Shown: positions 9,644-22,358 of the stretch, piece after piece
Layout of the letters: each line of letters begins with the position of its first letter
How positions within the stretch are numbered: position 1 is the first letter of the stretch
From: Deltaproteobacteria bacterium
GTDB lineage: Bacteria > Myxococcota > JACRCW01
Length of the DNA stretch: 64,000 nt
Assembly: GCA_016218805.1 (NCBI GenBank)
Contig: JACRCW010000064.1
Location: 1-64,000, forward strand
Reading direction: 5' to 3'
Program-made: the position numbers and the translations under genes
Notes under the pieces: model-generated
The model's database searches: none
What the model saw: the letters and a program-made list of their open reading frames with translations, nothing else
Told to the model about the DNA's origin: nothing

Positions 9644-10866
9644 TCCTGCTGGAGACACTTCGCCTGGCGCTGCGCGCGCTGCTGCGCAATGGCACGCGCA
9701 GCTTCCTCACCATGCTCGGCGTGATCATCGGCGTCGCCGCGGTCATTGCCATGGTGGCCATTGGCGAGGGTGCGCGGCAGCGCGTGGCGGAGACGTTTGC
9801 CTCCATGGGGTCCAACCTGCTCGTCGTCATGCACGGTACCAGCCAGGTGTCCGGCAGCCGCGGCGGCAGCGGGACCCAGCCCACGCTCACCTGGGAGGAC
9901 CTGGCGGCCATCCGCACGGAACTGCCCAGCGTCAAACTGGCCAGCGTGCAGGCCCGGGCCGGTGCCACCGTGGCCAGTGACACGCAGAACTGGACCACCT
10001 CCGTGTTTGGCGTGGACCCGGGCTACTTTGAGATCCGCGCGTGGAGCATGCGCTACGGCCGCGTGTTCACGCCGTCCGAGGCGGACAGCGGCGCCAAGGT
10101 GGTGGTGCTGGGCCAGACCGTGGTGGACAAGCTGTTTGAAGGCAGTGACGTGGTGGGCTCCACGGTGCGCATCCGCAACATGCCCTTTGAGGTGGTGGGC
10201 GTGCTGGCCCGCAAGGGTCAGTCCCCCACCGGGCAGGATTACGACGACACGGCGATGATTCCCATCAACACCTACAACAGCCGCATGGCCGGCGGGCTGC
10301 GCCGCTACATCCCCGGGGTCATCTTTGTGTCCGCCACCAGCGAGGAGGCCACCGCGCGCGCGGAGCGTGACATCCGCAACCTGCTGCGCGACCGCCACCG
10401 CCTGGGACCGGGCGTGGAGGATGACTTCCACCTGCGCAACATGGCGGAAGTGGCGCAGGCGCAGCAGGAGGGCACGGAGACCATGACCGCGCTGCTGGCG
10501 GCCGTGGCGCTGGTGGCGCTGCTGGTGGGCGGCATTGGCATCATGAACATCATGCTGGTGTCCGTGACGGAGCGGACGCGCGAGATTGGCATCCGCATGG
10601 CGGTGGGCGCACGGCCCGGTCACATCCTGTGGCAGTTCCTCGTCGAGGCGCTCACGCTGTCATCCCTGGGCGGCGCGCTGGGCGTGGGGCTGGGCATCTA
10701 CGTGGCCAACCGGCTGAGCGCGCAGTTTGGCTGGCCGCTGATGCTGCGCGGAGACGTGATGGCCGTGGCGCTGGGGTTCAGCGGGCTGGTGGGCGTGGTG
10801 TTTGGCATGTATCCCGCGCGCAAAGCATCACGCATGGACCCCATTGAGGCGCTGCGCTGGGAGTGA
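9640..10866 (+). CDS. MacB/FtsX-family ABC transporter permease
   Basis: [60 protein letters not shown] overlap with the upstream stop. Confidence 0.95.
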   Translation: MILLETLRLALRALLRNGTRSFLTMLGVIIGVAAVIAMVAIGEGARQRVAETFASMGSNLLVVMHGTSQVSGSRGGSGTQPTLTWEDLAAIRTELPSVKLASVQARAGATVASDTQNWTTSVFGVDPGYFEIRAWSMRYGRVFTPSEADSGAKVVVLGQTVVDKLFEGSDVVGSTVRIRNMPFEVVGVLARKGQSPTGQDYDDTAMIPINTYNSRMAGGLRRYIPGVIFVSATSEEATARAERDIRNLLRDRHRLGPGVEDDFHLRNMAEVAQAQQEGTETMTALLAAVALVALLVGGIGIMNIMLVSVTERTREIGIRMAVGARPGHILWQFLVEALTLSSLGGALGVGLGIYVANRLSAQFGWPLMLRGDVMAVALGFSGLVGVVFGMYPARKASRMDPIEALRWE

Positions 10867-10879
10867 ACCGCGCCGCGGG

Positions 10880-11995
10880 TCAGGCAATGGCGCCCGCGTC
10901 CTTCAGGCCAACCAGCGCAATGGCGGTGACCAGGTGCGGCAGCCCGCCCGCGTCCACCAGGTCCTCCAGCGTGGTGGCGCCGTCCAGTTGCGCGAACAGG
11001 TGCGCCGCGGCGGGGGACAGCTTCATTCCCTGCAACTGCGCGGCGGGCACAAGCGCGCGCGGTGCGTGGTGCCAGCCGCCCAGCCGGTGCGCGCAGTGCT
11101 GCGCCACCGCGTTGAAGTGCGGCGCCAGCGCGCGGTCCAGAACCGGTGGCGGCGCCCCCAACGCCAGGCACTCCACGGCAAGCTGCACGGCCAGCAGCAC
11201 GTTGCCGGCGCGTGCGGCCGTGTCAATCTGCTCAAGCAGCGCCTCGCCGACGGGGCGGGGTGGAGGTGGTGGAGGTGGAGGTGCCGGAGGCGGAGGCGCT
11301 GCGGGCGGCGGGGCCGGGGCCTCCGGGATGCGCGGGAGCGGCGCCGACACCGTGGCGGCGGGCGCCGAGTCAAACCAGTCAGACAGGTCCTGCGTCCTGG
11401 CGGGCGCCGGTTTGACTTCCAGCCAGCCCGGCGGTGCCGGACCGTCCATGAACGTGGCCACCGGCGGGGTGGTGAGTGGACGCGCCGCGGAGGCCATGGT
11501 CTCACTGAACGCGGTGTCCACCGGTGGCGCCGTCAGCGTGGGTGAACTCACCGGCGGGGAAGCAAACGCGCCGGTGTCAGCGCGGCGGGGCGACAACTGG
11601 GTCTCCTCCAGCCGCGCCGACATGGCCGGTGCGGGCGGGGATGACGGCGGCGGCGGGGGTGCCACCGGTGCGGCCGAGCGCCCGCTCATGGTCTCCTCCA
11701 GGCGGGCCTGGATGCGCGGCGGCAGTGGCTCCGCCGCGGGCGGCGGCGCGGCGGCGGCCGGGCGCGTGACCTTCGCCGGGCCGCGGAGCTTCACCTCGGT
11801 GTCCCACTCGTTTTCGTCTTCGCCGTCGTCCTGCTCGTTCCCGCCGGACTCCAGCGCGGCCAGCAGCGAGCGCGCCCGCGCGGACGCCGGGTCCAGCTTC
11901 AACGCGTCCCGCAGACATCCCTGCGCACCGGCGGAATCACCCGCCGCCAGCAGCTTCATGGCCTCCGTCAAAAGGACCTGTGCGCTCGCTGACAC
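10880..11995 (-). CDS. Hypothetical protein: N-terminal TPR, Pro-rich linker, C-terminal winged-helix-like domain
   Basis: ALKLDPASARARSLL TPR-like segment, long Pro/Ala linker, C-terminal QLDGATTLEDLV. Confidence 0.55.
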   Translation of the reverse strand: MSASAQVLLTEAMKLLAAGDSAGAQGCLRDALKLDPASARARSLLAALESGGNEQDDGEDENEWDTEVKLRGPAKVTRPAAAAPPPAAEPLPPRIQARLEETMSGRSAAPVAPPPPPSSPPAPAMSARLEETQLSPRRADTGAFASPPVSSPTLTAPPVDTAFSETMASAARPLTTPPVATFMDGPAPPGWLEVKPAPARTQDLSDWFDSAPAATVSAPLPRIPEAPAPPPAAPPPPAPPPPPPPPRPVGEALLEQIDTAARAGNVLLAVQLAVECLALGAPPPVLDRALAPHFNAVAQHCAHRLGGWHHAPRALVPAAQLQGMKLSPAAAHLFAQLDGATTLEDLVDAGGLPHLVTAIALVGLKDAGAIA

Positions 11996-12012
11996 GCTGC
12001 CTCTCCCGCGCG

Positions 12013-12894
12013 TCACCCGCCGGCAACGGCGGGGCGCCCTTCGCTGCACAACTGGCGGGTCTGGTTGTCCCAGTCCTCCATGTTGCCCAGCATGACTTCC
12101 AGCACAATCTGGTCGTCGTTGGTGAACGTACCCATCTTGGCCTGGCGCCAGTCTCCCCAGACGTGGAGCACCTTGCCGGGCTCCCGCTCGTAGTAGACCT
12201 CCACCTGGTAGTCTTGATCCATCCCGCGCGTAGAATCGTCAAACTCGCCGGGGGAACGCATCCAGCTGCGGTTCAGCAGGATCCCCCCAATGGCCGCGCT
12301 GCCCGCCTGCGGCGCCACCCACCGGTTCCCGCCCGCGTAGTGCATCCGGTAGGTGGACCCCAGCAGCGTCCCGGTGGATTCAATGCTCCAGTCCACCGCC
12401 AGCGTGGTGCGCGCCAGGTAGTCCGCCATGCTGGACAGGTAGGTCCGCGAGTACGTGTCATACACACCGGGATACAGGTCCATCTGGTTGGCGTACGTGG
12501 TGATCTTCTCCGCGTGATCCACCGTGCAGTCCATCGGGTCCAGCAGCAGCAGCCCGGTGGCACGTCCGGCGTCCCGGTCCGTCATGGAAACGGTCGCCAA
12601 CTCGTCGCTGCTCAGGTCCGCCATGGTGCCGGAGATGCTGCGCGTGAGCGTGTCGCCGCCCACCAGTCCGTGCAGCTTGGTAACGGCCTGGTGGATCTCG
12701 TCATCGGTGGCGGCGTCAAAGTTGGTCCACAGGAACCGCACCAGCGCGTCCTGGTCATCAGGAATGGGGCGGGTGACGCGGCAGTCCCGCTTCACCGGGC
12801 CGGCGCACCGCAACGCCGTCCACACCGGGGAATCACAGCCCGGCAGCCACGCCGTCACCACCACGCCGAGAGCGACACGCCGGAGCACGTGCAT
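12013..12894 (-). CDS. Hypothetical lipoprotein
   Basis: MHVLRRVALGVVVTAWLPGC lipobox-like signal followed by a globular-looking sequence. Confidence 0.65.
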   Translation of the reverse strand: MHVLRRVALGVVVTAWLPGCDSPVWTALRCAGPVKRDCRVTRPIPDDQDALVRFLWTNFDAATDDEIHQAVTKLHGLVGGDTLTRSISGTMADLSSDELATVSMTDRDAGRATGLLLLDPMDCTVDHAEKITTYANQMDLYPGVYDTYSRTYLSSMADYLARTTLAVDWSIESTGTLLGSTYRMHYAGGNRWVAPQAGSAAIGGILLNRSWMRSPGEFDDSTRGMDQDYQVEVYYEREPGKVLHVWGDWRQAKMGTFTNDDQIVLEVMLGNMEDWDNQTRQLCSEGRPAVAGG

Positions 12895-12938
12895 GGGTGG
12901 ATCATAGCGTTGGCCGCCCGTGCGTGTCCGCCGCATTC

Positions 12939-14207
12939 TCACCGGCCGTCCGGGAAATAGTGGTGCAGCGCCAGCATCACCGCGTGCATCTGGTGCTGCG
13001 TCGTGTCGATGCGCAGGCCGGGCTCCCACGCGTGGTTCTGCACGCCGCCCACCGCACGCGGGTCCGCCACGCTGCCCAGGCGCAGGTACAGCCCCGGGCG
13101 CGGCCCGCCCACCTGCCAGGCGGCGAGGCCCTGGAGGCCGCGCTCAATCACGCAGCCCAGGCGCGGCAGGGCCGCGGTGTCACCCGCCATCCGTGCCCAG
13201 GCAAACGCGTGGATGATGCCTTCGTACGCGTACCCGGTGTTGCGCTGGCGCGACAGCACGTCGTGCTCGTCAATCATCCACCGGGCCAGGTCCACGATCC
13301 ACGGGCCGTACTTCTCCGTGCCCTCCCAGCTGCTCGTCGCCAACTCCCAGTACGCCATGGAACTCCACTGGTAGTAGCCCTTGGTGACGTCGGAATCCGG
13401 GTTCTCCGCGCGCGCGCGCACCACGTTGGCGTCGTGACAGGCGTCGGCGGAGGCGCGCAGCGGCACCAGGAGATCGCGGCGGCCTAGGTAGCGGGCGGCC
13501 CGCGCCATGGCCAGCAGTGACTCCCCCTCCGAGTACGGCGACGGCGCACCCCCGGGGCTCCCGTCAGCCAGCGCGTAGCCGTTCTGGAAGCGGCCGTCCG
13601 GCCGCCGCGCGCGCATGACGTGGGCAAGGTACCCGTCCAGCAGCGCCCGGTGGTGCAGCCGCGTGGCGTCATCCAGCGGGCAGCGGGTGCCGGGCAGTTC
13701 CGCGGCACGCAGCAGTTCAATCTCGGCCAGCGCCACCAGCGCCACCGTCCCCAGCTGCCCCTCCGCATCCCCCGGGTACCTCACCCAGCGGGCCTCCCCG
13801 CCGGTGGCTGAGTGCCGCTCGAAGAACGCGAGCGCCCGCAGCAGGCCCGCGCGCAGCTCAGGGATGGGAACCGCGTCGCGTCCTTCGCACGCGTCCCGGT
13901 GGATGAGCGCAAGACCCCAGGCGGCGCCTGCCTGGCGCACGGCGTTGTCGTCGGGGTTGAGCTTCCCGGTGCGCCAGTCCAGCTCGTAGTTGAAGTTCCC
14001 CTCTGGTTTCTGCGCGGCCAGCATGAAGCGGGCCCCCAGGCCCAGGGACTGTTCCAACGTCGCCCGGTCAAGCGTGCTGCAGCCTTCGCCCGGCCGATCA
14101 TTGCGCCCACTGCCGGTGGACGGCGGGCGCAGCACCAGGAACAGCAGCACACCGGCGGCGGCGGCAGACACGGCAACGGCGGCAAGACGCGCGGGTTTCA
14201 TGTTCAC
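12939..14207 (-). CDS. Secreted or membrane-anchored (alpha/alpha)-barrel protein of unknown function
   Basis: N-terminal TM, QKPEGNFNY and RRPDGRF helical-barrel turns, NAVRQAG and RIDTTQH motifs. Start overlaps the thrC stop. Confidence 0.55.
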   Translation of the reverse strand: MNMKPARLAAVAVSAAAAGVLLFLVLRPPSTGSGRNDRPGEGCSTLDRATLEQSLGLGARFMLAAQKPEGNFNYELDWRTGKLNPDDNAVRQAGAAWGLALIHRDACEGRDAVPIPELRAGLLRALAFFERHSATGGEARWVRYPGDAEGQLGTVALVALAEIELLRAAELPGTRCPLDDATRLHHRALLDGYLAHVMRARRPDGRFQNGYALADGSPGGAPSPYSEGESLLAMARAARYLGRRDLLVPLRASADACHDANVVRARAENPDSDVTKGYYQWSSMAYWELATSSWEGTEKYGPWIVDLARWMIDEHDVLSRQRNTGYAYEGIIHAFAWARMAGDTAALPRLGCVIERGLQGLAAWQVGGPRPGLYLRLGSVADPRAVGGVQNHAWEPGLRIDTTQHQMHAVMLALHHYFPDGR

Positions 14208-15463
14208 GTGCGCTCAAACGCGGCCTTCACGCCGTCCAGGGTGGCGTCAACGTCGACAACCTGGGAGTCCCGCGTGGGTTCTCCGGGGACGGGCAGCGTC
14301 ACCGCGTCCGGGTCCTTCAGTACGTGCCCGGTGAGGATGCACGCCACGCGCTCATGCGGGCGGATGACGCCGTCGGCCACCAGGCGGCGGGTACCCGCCA
14401 GCGAGCACGCGCTCGCGGGCTCACAGCCGATACCCGCGCCGTCGAGCGCACGCTTGGCCCGGAGGATCTCCTCGTCGGGGACCTCCGTGACCACGCCGCG
14501 CAGCTCCTGGATCACCCGCCGCGCCTTGTCATGGCTCACCGGGTCACCAATGCGGATGGCGCTGGCCACCGTCTCCGCAACGACGCGGTGGCGGGTGGCA
14601 AAGCCCTCACGGAACGAGCGGTAAAACGGGTTGGCGCCCGCGGCCTGGACGGACGCCAGTCTGGGAACGCGGCGGATCCATCCCGCCCGGTGTGCCTCCA
14701 GCAGCGCCTGCCCTATGGCGGAGGTGTTCCCGAGATTGCCCGCGGGCAGCACCACCCAGTCCGGAGGATCCCACACCAGGTCCTGCAGCAGCTCCCACGC
14801 AATGGTCTTCTGCCCCTGGATGCGGAAGGGGTTGATGGAGTTGAGCAGGTACACACCGAGCGCTTCCGACGCCTGCCGCACCAGCGCCATGGCCGCGTCA
14901 AAGTCCCCCGCAACGCGCAGCACGCGTGCGCCGTACGCAAGCGTCTGGGCCAGCTTGGAGACGCTGATCTTCCCCGCGGGCACCAGCACAAACGCACGCA
15001 TTCCCGCCTGGGCGGCATACGCCGCCAGTGACGCGCTGGTGTTCCCCGTGGACGCGCACGCCACCGCGCGCGCGCCCACGCGCCGCGCCACGGAGGTGGC
15101 CACAGTCATCCCGCGGTCCTTGAAGGACGCGGTGGGGTTGTCACCTTCATGCTTGAAGACCACGTCATCCACGCCCGCGTATGCGTTCAGCCGCGGGTGC
15201 GCATACACGCGCGTGCCACCCTCCGGCAGTGAAACAACGTCGTGGGCGTCCAGGTCCACCACGGCTTCGCGGAAGCGCCACACGCCGCTGCGGTCCAGGC
15301 GCCGCCGGCTGGTGAGGCGCGCGTCAAAGTGGAACGGTCCGGTGGTGGCCAGCGTGGCGGGATCATGGACCACGTCCAGCAGGCCGCCGCACGTGCACGT
15401 GTAGCGCACCTCCCACAGCGGATGGGACGCGTTGCAGGTGACACAGCGGAGGATGGCGCTCAT
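14204..15463 (-). CDS. thrC: Threonine synthase
   Basis: KHEGDNPTASFKDRG PLP-lysine motif, CASTGNTSAS, PAGNLGN, N-terminal Cys motif CVTC..CTCGG. Start overlaps the thrB stop. Confidence 0.95.
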   Translation of the reverse strand: MSAILRCVTCNASHPLWEVRYTCTCGGLLDVVHDPATLATTGPFHFDARLTSRRRLDRSGVWRFREAVVDLDAHDVVSLPEGGTRVYAHPRLNAYAGVDDVVFKHEGDNPTASFKDRGMTVATSVARRVGARAVACASTGNTSASLAAYAAQAGMRAFVLVPAGKISVSKLAQTLAYGARVLRVAGDFDAAMALVRQASEALGVYLLNSINPFRIQGQKTIAWELLQDLVWDPPDWVVLPAGNLGNTSAIGQALLEAHRAGWIRRVPRLASVQAAGANPFYRSFREGFATRHRVVAETVASAIRIGDPVSHDKARRVIQELRGVVTEVPDEEILRAKRALDGAGIGCEPASACSLAGTRRLVADGVIRPHERVACILTGHVLKDPDAVTLPVPGEPTRDSQVVDVDATLDGVKAAFERT

Positions 15464-16374
15464 GCGGGACGGGCTCCCTCGCGGGAGACCGGGCCCACGT
15501 GGATGGTGCTCGGAACTGCGCCGAATGCGGCCTGCATCCCAGTGGCACAGCGACGCGCGGTGGCTTCGTCCGCGGCCAGGGCGAACACGGTGGGGCCCGC
15601 GCCGCTGATGGAACAGCCCAGCGCGCCCGCGGCCAGCGCAGCGGCCTTCACGTCGTGGAAGTGGGGGATCAGCGGGGCGCGCCGCGGCTCGGCAAACACG
15701 TCTGACAGGGCGCGTGACAGCAGCGCGTGGTCCCCCGTGGCAAACGCGAGCACCAGCGCGGCGGTGTTGGCCATCTGCAGCAGCCACTCCGCGCGGTCGG
15801 TCTGCGGCGGAAGGATGGCGCGCGCCGCGCGGGTCTCCACGCGCACCGCGGGGCTCACCAGCGCCACCCATGGCGGGCGGGGCACGGGCACGGGGATGAC
15901 GTCTGGCGGGGAGACGGGGCGGATGAGTACCAGGCCGCCCAGCACGCACGGCGCGATGTTGTCCAGGTGGCGCCCCGCCACGGCCGCTTCGCCTTCCAGC
16001 GCCCACGCCATCAGGTCCCGCGGTGACGCGGACAGGCCCAGTGCCCGCGCCGCGGCCAGCGCCCCGCCCACACTGCTGGCGGCGCTGCCACCCATGCCGC
16101 CGCTCACGGGCAGTCCCTTGTGAAGGTGGACGCGGACGTTCTTGGACGCGCCGGCGTGGCGGAGGACCGCCCGCGCGGCAATCACCGCGGCGTTGCGCGC
16201 GGGGTCCGTCGGGATCGCGGCCGCATCGCGTCCTTCCACCGTGACGTGGTCCGGGCCGTCCACCAGCTCCACCGTGACGGTGTCTCCGGCGCCGTCCACG
16301 CACAGGCCCAGCACGTCAAACCCGGGCCCCACATTGCCCACCGTTGCCGGTGCAAAGACGCGCGCGCCCGTCAT
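15460..16374 (-). CDS. thrB: Homoserine kinase
   Basis: APATVGNVGPGFDVLG, GHMP motif KGLPVSGGMGGSAAS, HLDNIAP, ISGAGPT. Confidence 0.95.
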   Translation of the reverse strand: MTGARVFAPATVGNVGPGFDVLGLCVDGAGDTVTVELVDGPDHVTVEGRDAAAIPTDPARNAAVIAARAVLRHAGASKNVRVHLHKGLPVSGGMGGSAASSVGGALAAARALGLSASPRDLMAWALEGEAAVAGRHLDNIAPCVLGGLVLIRPVSPPDVIPVPVPRPPWVALVSPAVRVETRAARAILPPQTDRAEWLLQMANTAALVLAFATGDHALLSRALSDVFAEPRRAPLIPHFHDVKAAALAAGALGCSISGAGPTVFALAADEATARRCATGMQAAFGAVPSTIHVGPVSREGARPA

Positions 16375-16378
16375 GGTG

Positions 16379-19003
<2,625 letters not shown>

Positions 19004-19009
19004 GCGGGG

Positions 19010-19420
19010 CTACTTCTTCTTGGGCTTGCCCTTGCCCGGCGGCGGGAGGGCGTCAGTCACAACCTTCTTGAACGCGGTGGGGTCCTCGCTGGCGGCGGCG
19101 CACACCGGCGCGGCCTCCTTGATCCCCACGTAGTTGACCAGGAAGCGCTCGCATACTTCGGCGGAGACCTTGGCCAGGCCCGCCGTGGCCACCATGACGG
19201 CCTCCACGCGCGCGTTGTCCTTGTCACCCTTGGATTCCAGCTCGCAGGCCACCTTGAAGTCGCCATCCTGCGGACCGCCCTGCTTGCCGGTCATGTAGGA
19301 GCGGGCGGCCTGGCCCCACGCCAGCTGGCAGTCCTCAATGGTTCTTGCGGCCCGCGCGTCCGTGGACAGGCACACAAGCGTGGCGAACACGGCAGCGGGC
19401 AGGAAGCGGTGCATCATCAT
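19010..19420 (-). CDS. Small secreted hypothetical protein
   Basis: Signal-like N-terminus MMMHRFLPAAVFATLVCLSTDARA, four further Cys, Lys-rich tail. Confidence 0.65.
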   Translation of the reverse strand: MMMHRFLPAAVFATLVCLSTDARAARTIEDCQLAWGQAARSYMTGKQGGPQDGDFKVACELESKGDKDNARVEAVMVATAGLAKVSAEVCERFLVNYVGIKEAAPVCAAASEDPTAFKKVVTDALPPPGKGKPKKK

Positions 19421-19545
19421 GGCGTCTCTCCGGGCAACCCACGGCATCCTAGGGCGGACCTTCCGCCGGCGGAAATTCCCGGCCGCGGCGGATCGGCGCT
19501 CGCGCTTGACGTGCCGTGCGGGGCAGCGGACCATCCACGCTCCAC

Positions 19546-21441
19546 ATGGCGGCGCGCGGCACCATCCTCGGTCGTTCCCTGGCGGCCAAGCTTGCCCTGG
19601 CCATTGCGCTGGTGGCGGCGGTCCTCTCCGGGGGCACGGCGCTGGTGCTGGACCGGACGGGCAGCCGGGCCGTGGACGAGAACAGCGTGGAGCACATGGA
19701 GGTGCTGGCGGGTGCGCTGGAAGGGTCGTTCCACGCGTTTGACGCGGACCGCAAGGCGCACCCGGTGGCGGACATTGTGGCGGAGATTGGGCGGCACCCG
19801 GCCGTGGACCAGTTGCAGGTCTTTGATGCGCAGCGGCGCGTGCGGCACAGCCTGCACCCTGAGCAGCGCGGCCAGGTCCTGTCCGAGGCGGACGTGCGGA
19901 CCGAGACGCCGTCCGCCGGCTCCGACGACATGGTGATGGTGCGCTACTTCCCGCTGCGCACCTCGTGCACCGGGTGTCACCAGGGTGAGGCCACCGCGGG
20001 GGGCGTGCGGCTGGTGGTGGACCGGGGGCGGCTGCAGTCCTCCCTGCTGCGGTTCCGCTTCCGCCTGGCCTACACCGGCGCGGCCATCCTGGCGGCGCTG
20101 GTGCTGGTGGCGGTGTACCTGATGCGCCGCATGGTGCTGGTCCCGGTGCGTGAACTGGCCTCCACCATGGCGCGCGCGGAAGAGGGAAATTTCCTGGTGC
20201 GCGCGCCGGTGTCGTCGGAAGATGAGGTGGGCCAGCTGGCGCGCGCGTTCAACACCATGCTGGCGGCCATCACGGACATGCGCGCGCGTGAAGTGGAGCG
20301 CCAGGCCGAGCAGGCCGGTGCGGAGGCGGAGCGCCGCCTGGCGCCGCAGATTGACGAGAAGAACCGGATCATTGCCACCAAGAACACGGAGCTGCAGGAG
20401 CGCGTGCGCGAGCTGGCACTGCTGCACGAGGTCACGCGCAGCCTGACGGCCACCCTCTCCGTGGACGAGCAGCTGGGGATCCTCACGCGCCTGCTGGCGG
20501 AGCGGCTGGGCTACCAGGAGTTCACGCTCATGCTGCTGGACCGCGCCGCGGCGCTGCTGCGCGTGGCGGCGCACCACGGCTTCCCGGACAGCATGAAGGT
20601 GGGCGAGATGACCTTTGCCGTGGGGGAGGGCATTGCCGGCCTGGTCGCGCAGACAGGGACCACGCTGGTGGTGACGGATACGTCCACGGACAGCAGGTTC
20701 CTGGCGGACCGCGTGCGGTTCACGCCGCGCGGGACGCTGGTCAGCGTGCCCATGATCAGCAACGGGATGGTGATGGGCGTGCTCAACGTGTTCCGCGGGC
20801 AGGTGGACGCGTTCCGCCGTGACGAGGTGGAGTTCATTGAGTCCATTGCGTCCCAGGCGTCCCTGGGCCTGGCCAACGCGCGGCTGTTCCAGGAACAGGT
20901 GGAACTGTCATTGACGGACGCGCTGACCAGCCTGCCCAACCGGCGGGCCCTGGACGCGCGCCTGGAGGTGGAGGTGGCGCGGGCGCAACGGTATGAAAGC
21001 GGCCTGTGCGTGCTGATGGTGGACGTGGACCACTTCAAGCTGTTCAATGACGCGCACGGCCACCTGGTGGGGGACGTGGTGTTGCGCGGGGTGGCGCAGA
21101 CGCTGTGCCAGACGGTGCGCAAGGCGGACACCGTGGCGCGGTTTGGCGGCGAGGAGTTCTGCGTGCTGCTGCCGCGCCAGGATGCGCGCGCCGCCCGGGA
21201 GGTGGCGGACAAGCTGCGCAAGGCGGTGCGGCAACGGGAGTTTGAGCACGCGGAGAGCCAGCCGGGTGGGCGGATCACCATCTCGCTGGGCGTGGCGTCC
21301 TTCCCGGAGCACGGGCAGGACGTGAAGGCCCTGCTGGACCGGGCAGATGCGGCCCTGTACGCGGCCAAGCGTGCGGGCCGGGACCGCGTCATGGTGGCGG
21401 GGGAAGAACCGGTGGCCTCCCAGCCCGGTGGAAATGCGTGA
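19546..21441 (+). CDS. Membrane diguanylate cyclase (periplasmic CxxCH sensor, HAMP, GAF, GGDEF)
   Basis: Two TMs flanking CTGCH, HAMP (DEVGQLARAFNTM), GAF (GEGIAGLVA), DVDHFK, RxxD I-site RKAD, GGEEF. Confidence 0.92.
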   Translation: MAARGTILGRSLAAKLALAIALVAAVLSGGTALVLDRTGSRAVDENSVEHMEVLAGALEGSFHAFDADRKAHPVADIVAEIGRHPAVDQLQVFDAQRRVRHSLHPEQRGQVLSEADVRTETPSAGSDDMVMVRYFPLRTSCTGCHQGEATAGGVRLVVDRGRLQSSLLRFRFRLAYTGAAILAALVLVAVYLMRRMVLVPVRELASTMARAEEGNFLVRAPVSSEDEVGQLARAFNTMLAAITDMRAREVERQAEQAGAEAERRLAPQIDEKNRIIATKNTELQERVRELALLHEVTRSLTATLSVDEQLGILTRLLAERLGYQEFTLMLLDRAAALLRVAAHHGFPDSMKVGEMTFAVGEGIAGLVAQTGTTLVVTDTSTDSRFLADRVRFTPRGTLVSVPMISNGMVMGVLNVFRGQVDAFRRDEVEFIESIASQASLGLANARLFQEQVELSLTDALTSLPNRRALDARLEVEVARAQRYESGLCVLMVDVDHFKLFNDAHGHLVGDVVLRGVAQTLCQTVRKADTVARFGGEEFCVLLPRQDARAAREVADKLRKAVRQREFEHAESQPGGRITISLGVASFPEHGQDVKALLDRADAALYAAKRAGRDRVMVAGEEPVASQPGGNA

Positions 21442-21489
21442 GCGGGGCGCTGGGCCCCGGTATGATGCAGTGAGGGATCGCCGAACAGC

Positions 21490-22347
21490 ATGGAGACGTT
21501 TCTCTCGGTATTCGTGGTTGTGGCGGCAGGGGCCGCGCTCATCTACGCGCCCCTGGGTGCGGGCACGTGGGCATGGCGGCGCGCGCGCATCAAGCGCGCC
21601 TACGCGGTGGACCCTTCAGAGTTGGACGCGGATACGCGCGCGGAACTGGCGCGCCTGCTCACCGCCGAGGCCGCCGCCGCGCATGACCGGGCCAGCCACG
21701 AGGAGACCATCCGCGCGTGCCGCCAGATCCTGCGCCTGGACCCGGATGACCCGCAGGCCAGCCGCATGCTGGTGGCCTCCCTGTTTGCCTGTGGCCGCTA
21801 TGACCAGGCGCGGGAAGCGCTGGAACGGCACCTGGCCGCCTTTCCCAAGGACGAGGCGGTCCGGCTGGTTCCCGCCGCCATTGCCTGCGAACAGGGTGAC
21901 CTGGTGCAGGCGCGCGAGCACCTGGACGCCATGGACCCCAACGCGCTGCCCGAGCACGACCGCGCGCTGTGGTTCAATAACTACGCCTACACGCTGGCGT
22001 CGCTGAAGGCGGACCTGGATCTGGCGCTGGAGTACGGGCAGCGCGCGCTGGCGTTGGCCGCGGACCCGGACCGGCAGTTCGCGCTGCGCACGCTGGGCAT
22101 TGTGCACCTGAGCCGGGGTGAGGCGCCGTTGGCCGAACAGCGGCTCAAGGAAGCGCTGCAGCAGCGCGAGCACCTGCGCCCCGGTGACATTGAGTTCACG
22201 CACTACCACCTGGCCCTGGCGCTCAAGGACCAGGACCGCCTCCCGGAAGCGCGCCGTCACCTGGAGAAGCTGGCCGACGGGATGACGCCGTTTGCCCAGA
22301 AGGCGCGCGCGCTGCTGCGGGGCCTCAGCCAGGGCAAGGCCGCCTGA
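21490..22347 (+). CDS. Membrane-anchored TPR protein
   Basis: N-terminal TM followed by several TPR-like repeats (NNYAYTLA, YHLALAL). Confidence 0.8.
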   Translation: METFLSVFVVVAAGAALIYAPLGAGTWAWRRARIKRAYAVDPSELDADTRAELARLLTAEAAAAHDRASHEETIRACRQILRLDPDDPQASRMLVASLFACGRYDQAREALERHLAAFPKDEAVRLVPAAIACEQGDLVQAREHLDAMDPNALPEHDRALWFNNYAYTLASLKADLDLALEYGQRALALAADPDRQFALRTLGIVHLSRGEAPLAEQRLKEALQQREHLRPGDIEFTHYHLALALKDQDRLPEARRHLEKLADGMTPFAQKARALLRGLSQGKAA

Positions 22348-22358
22348 CCCGCGCTCCC

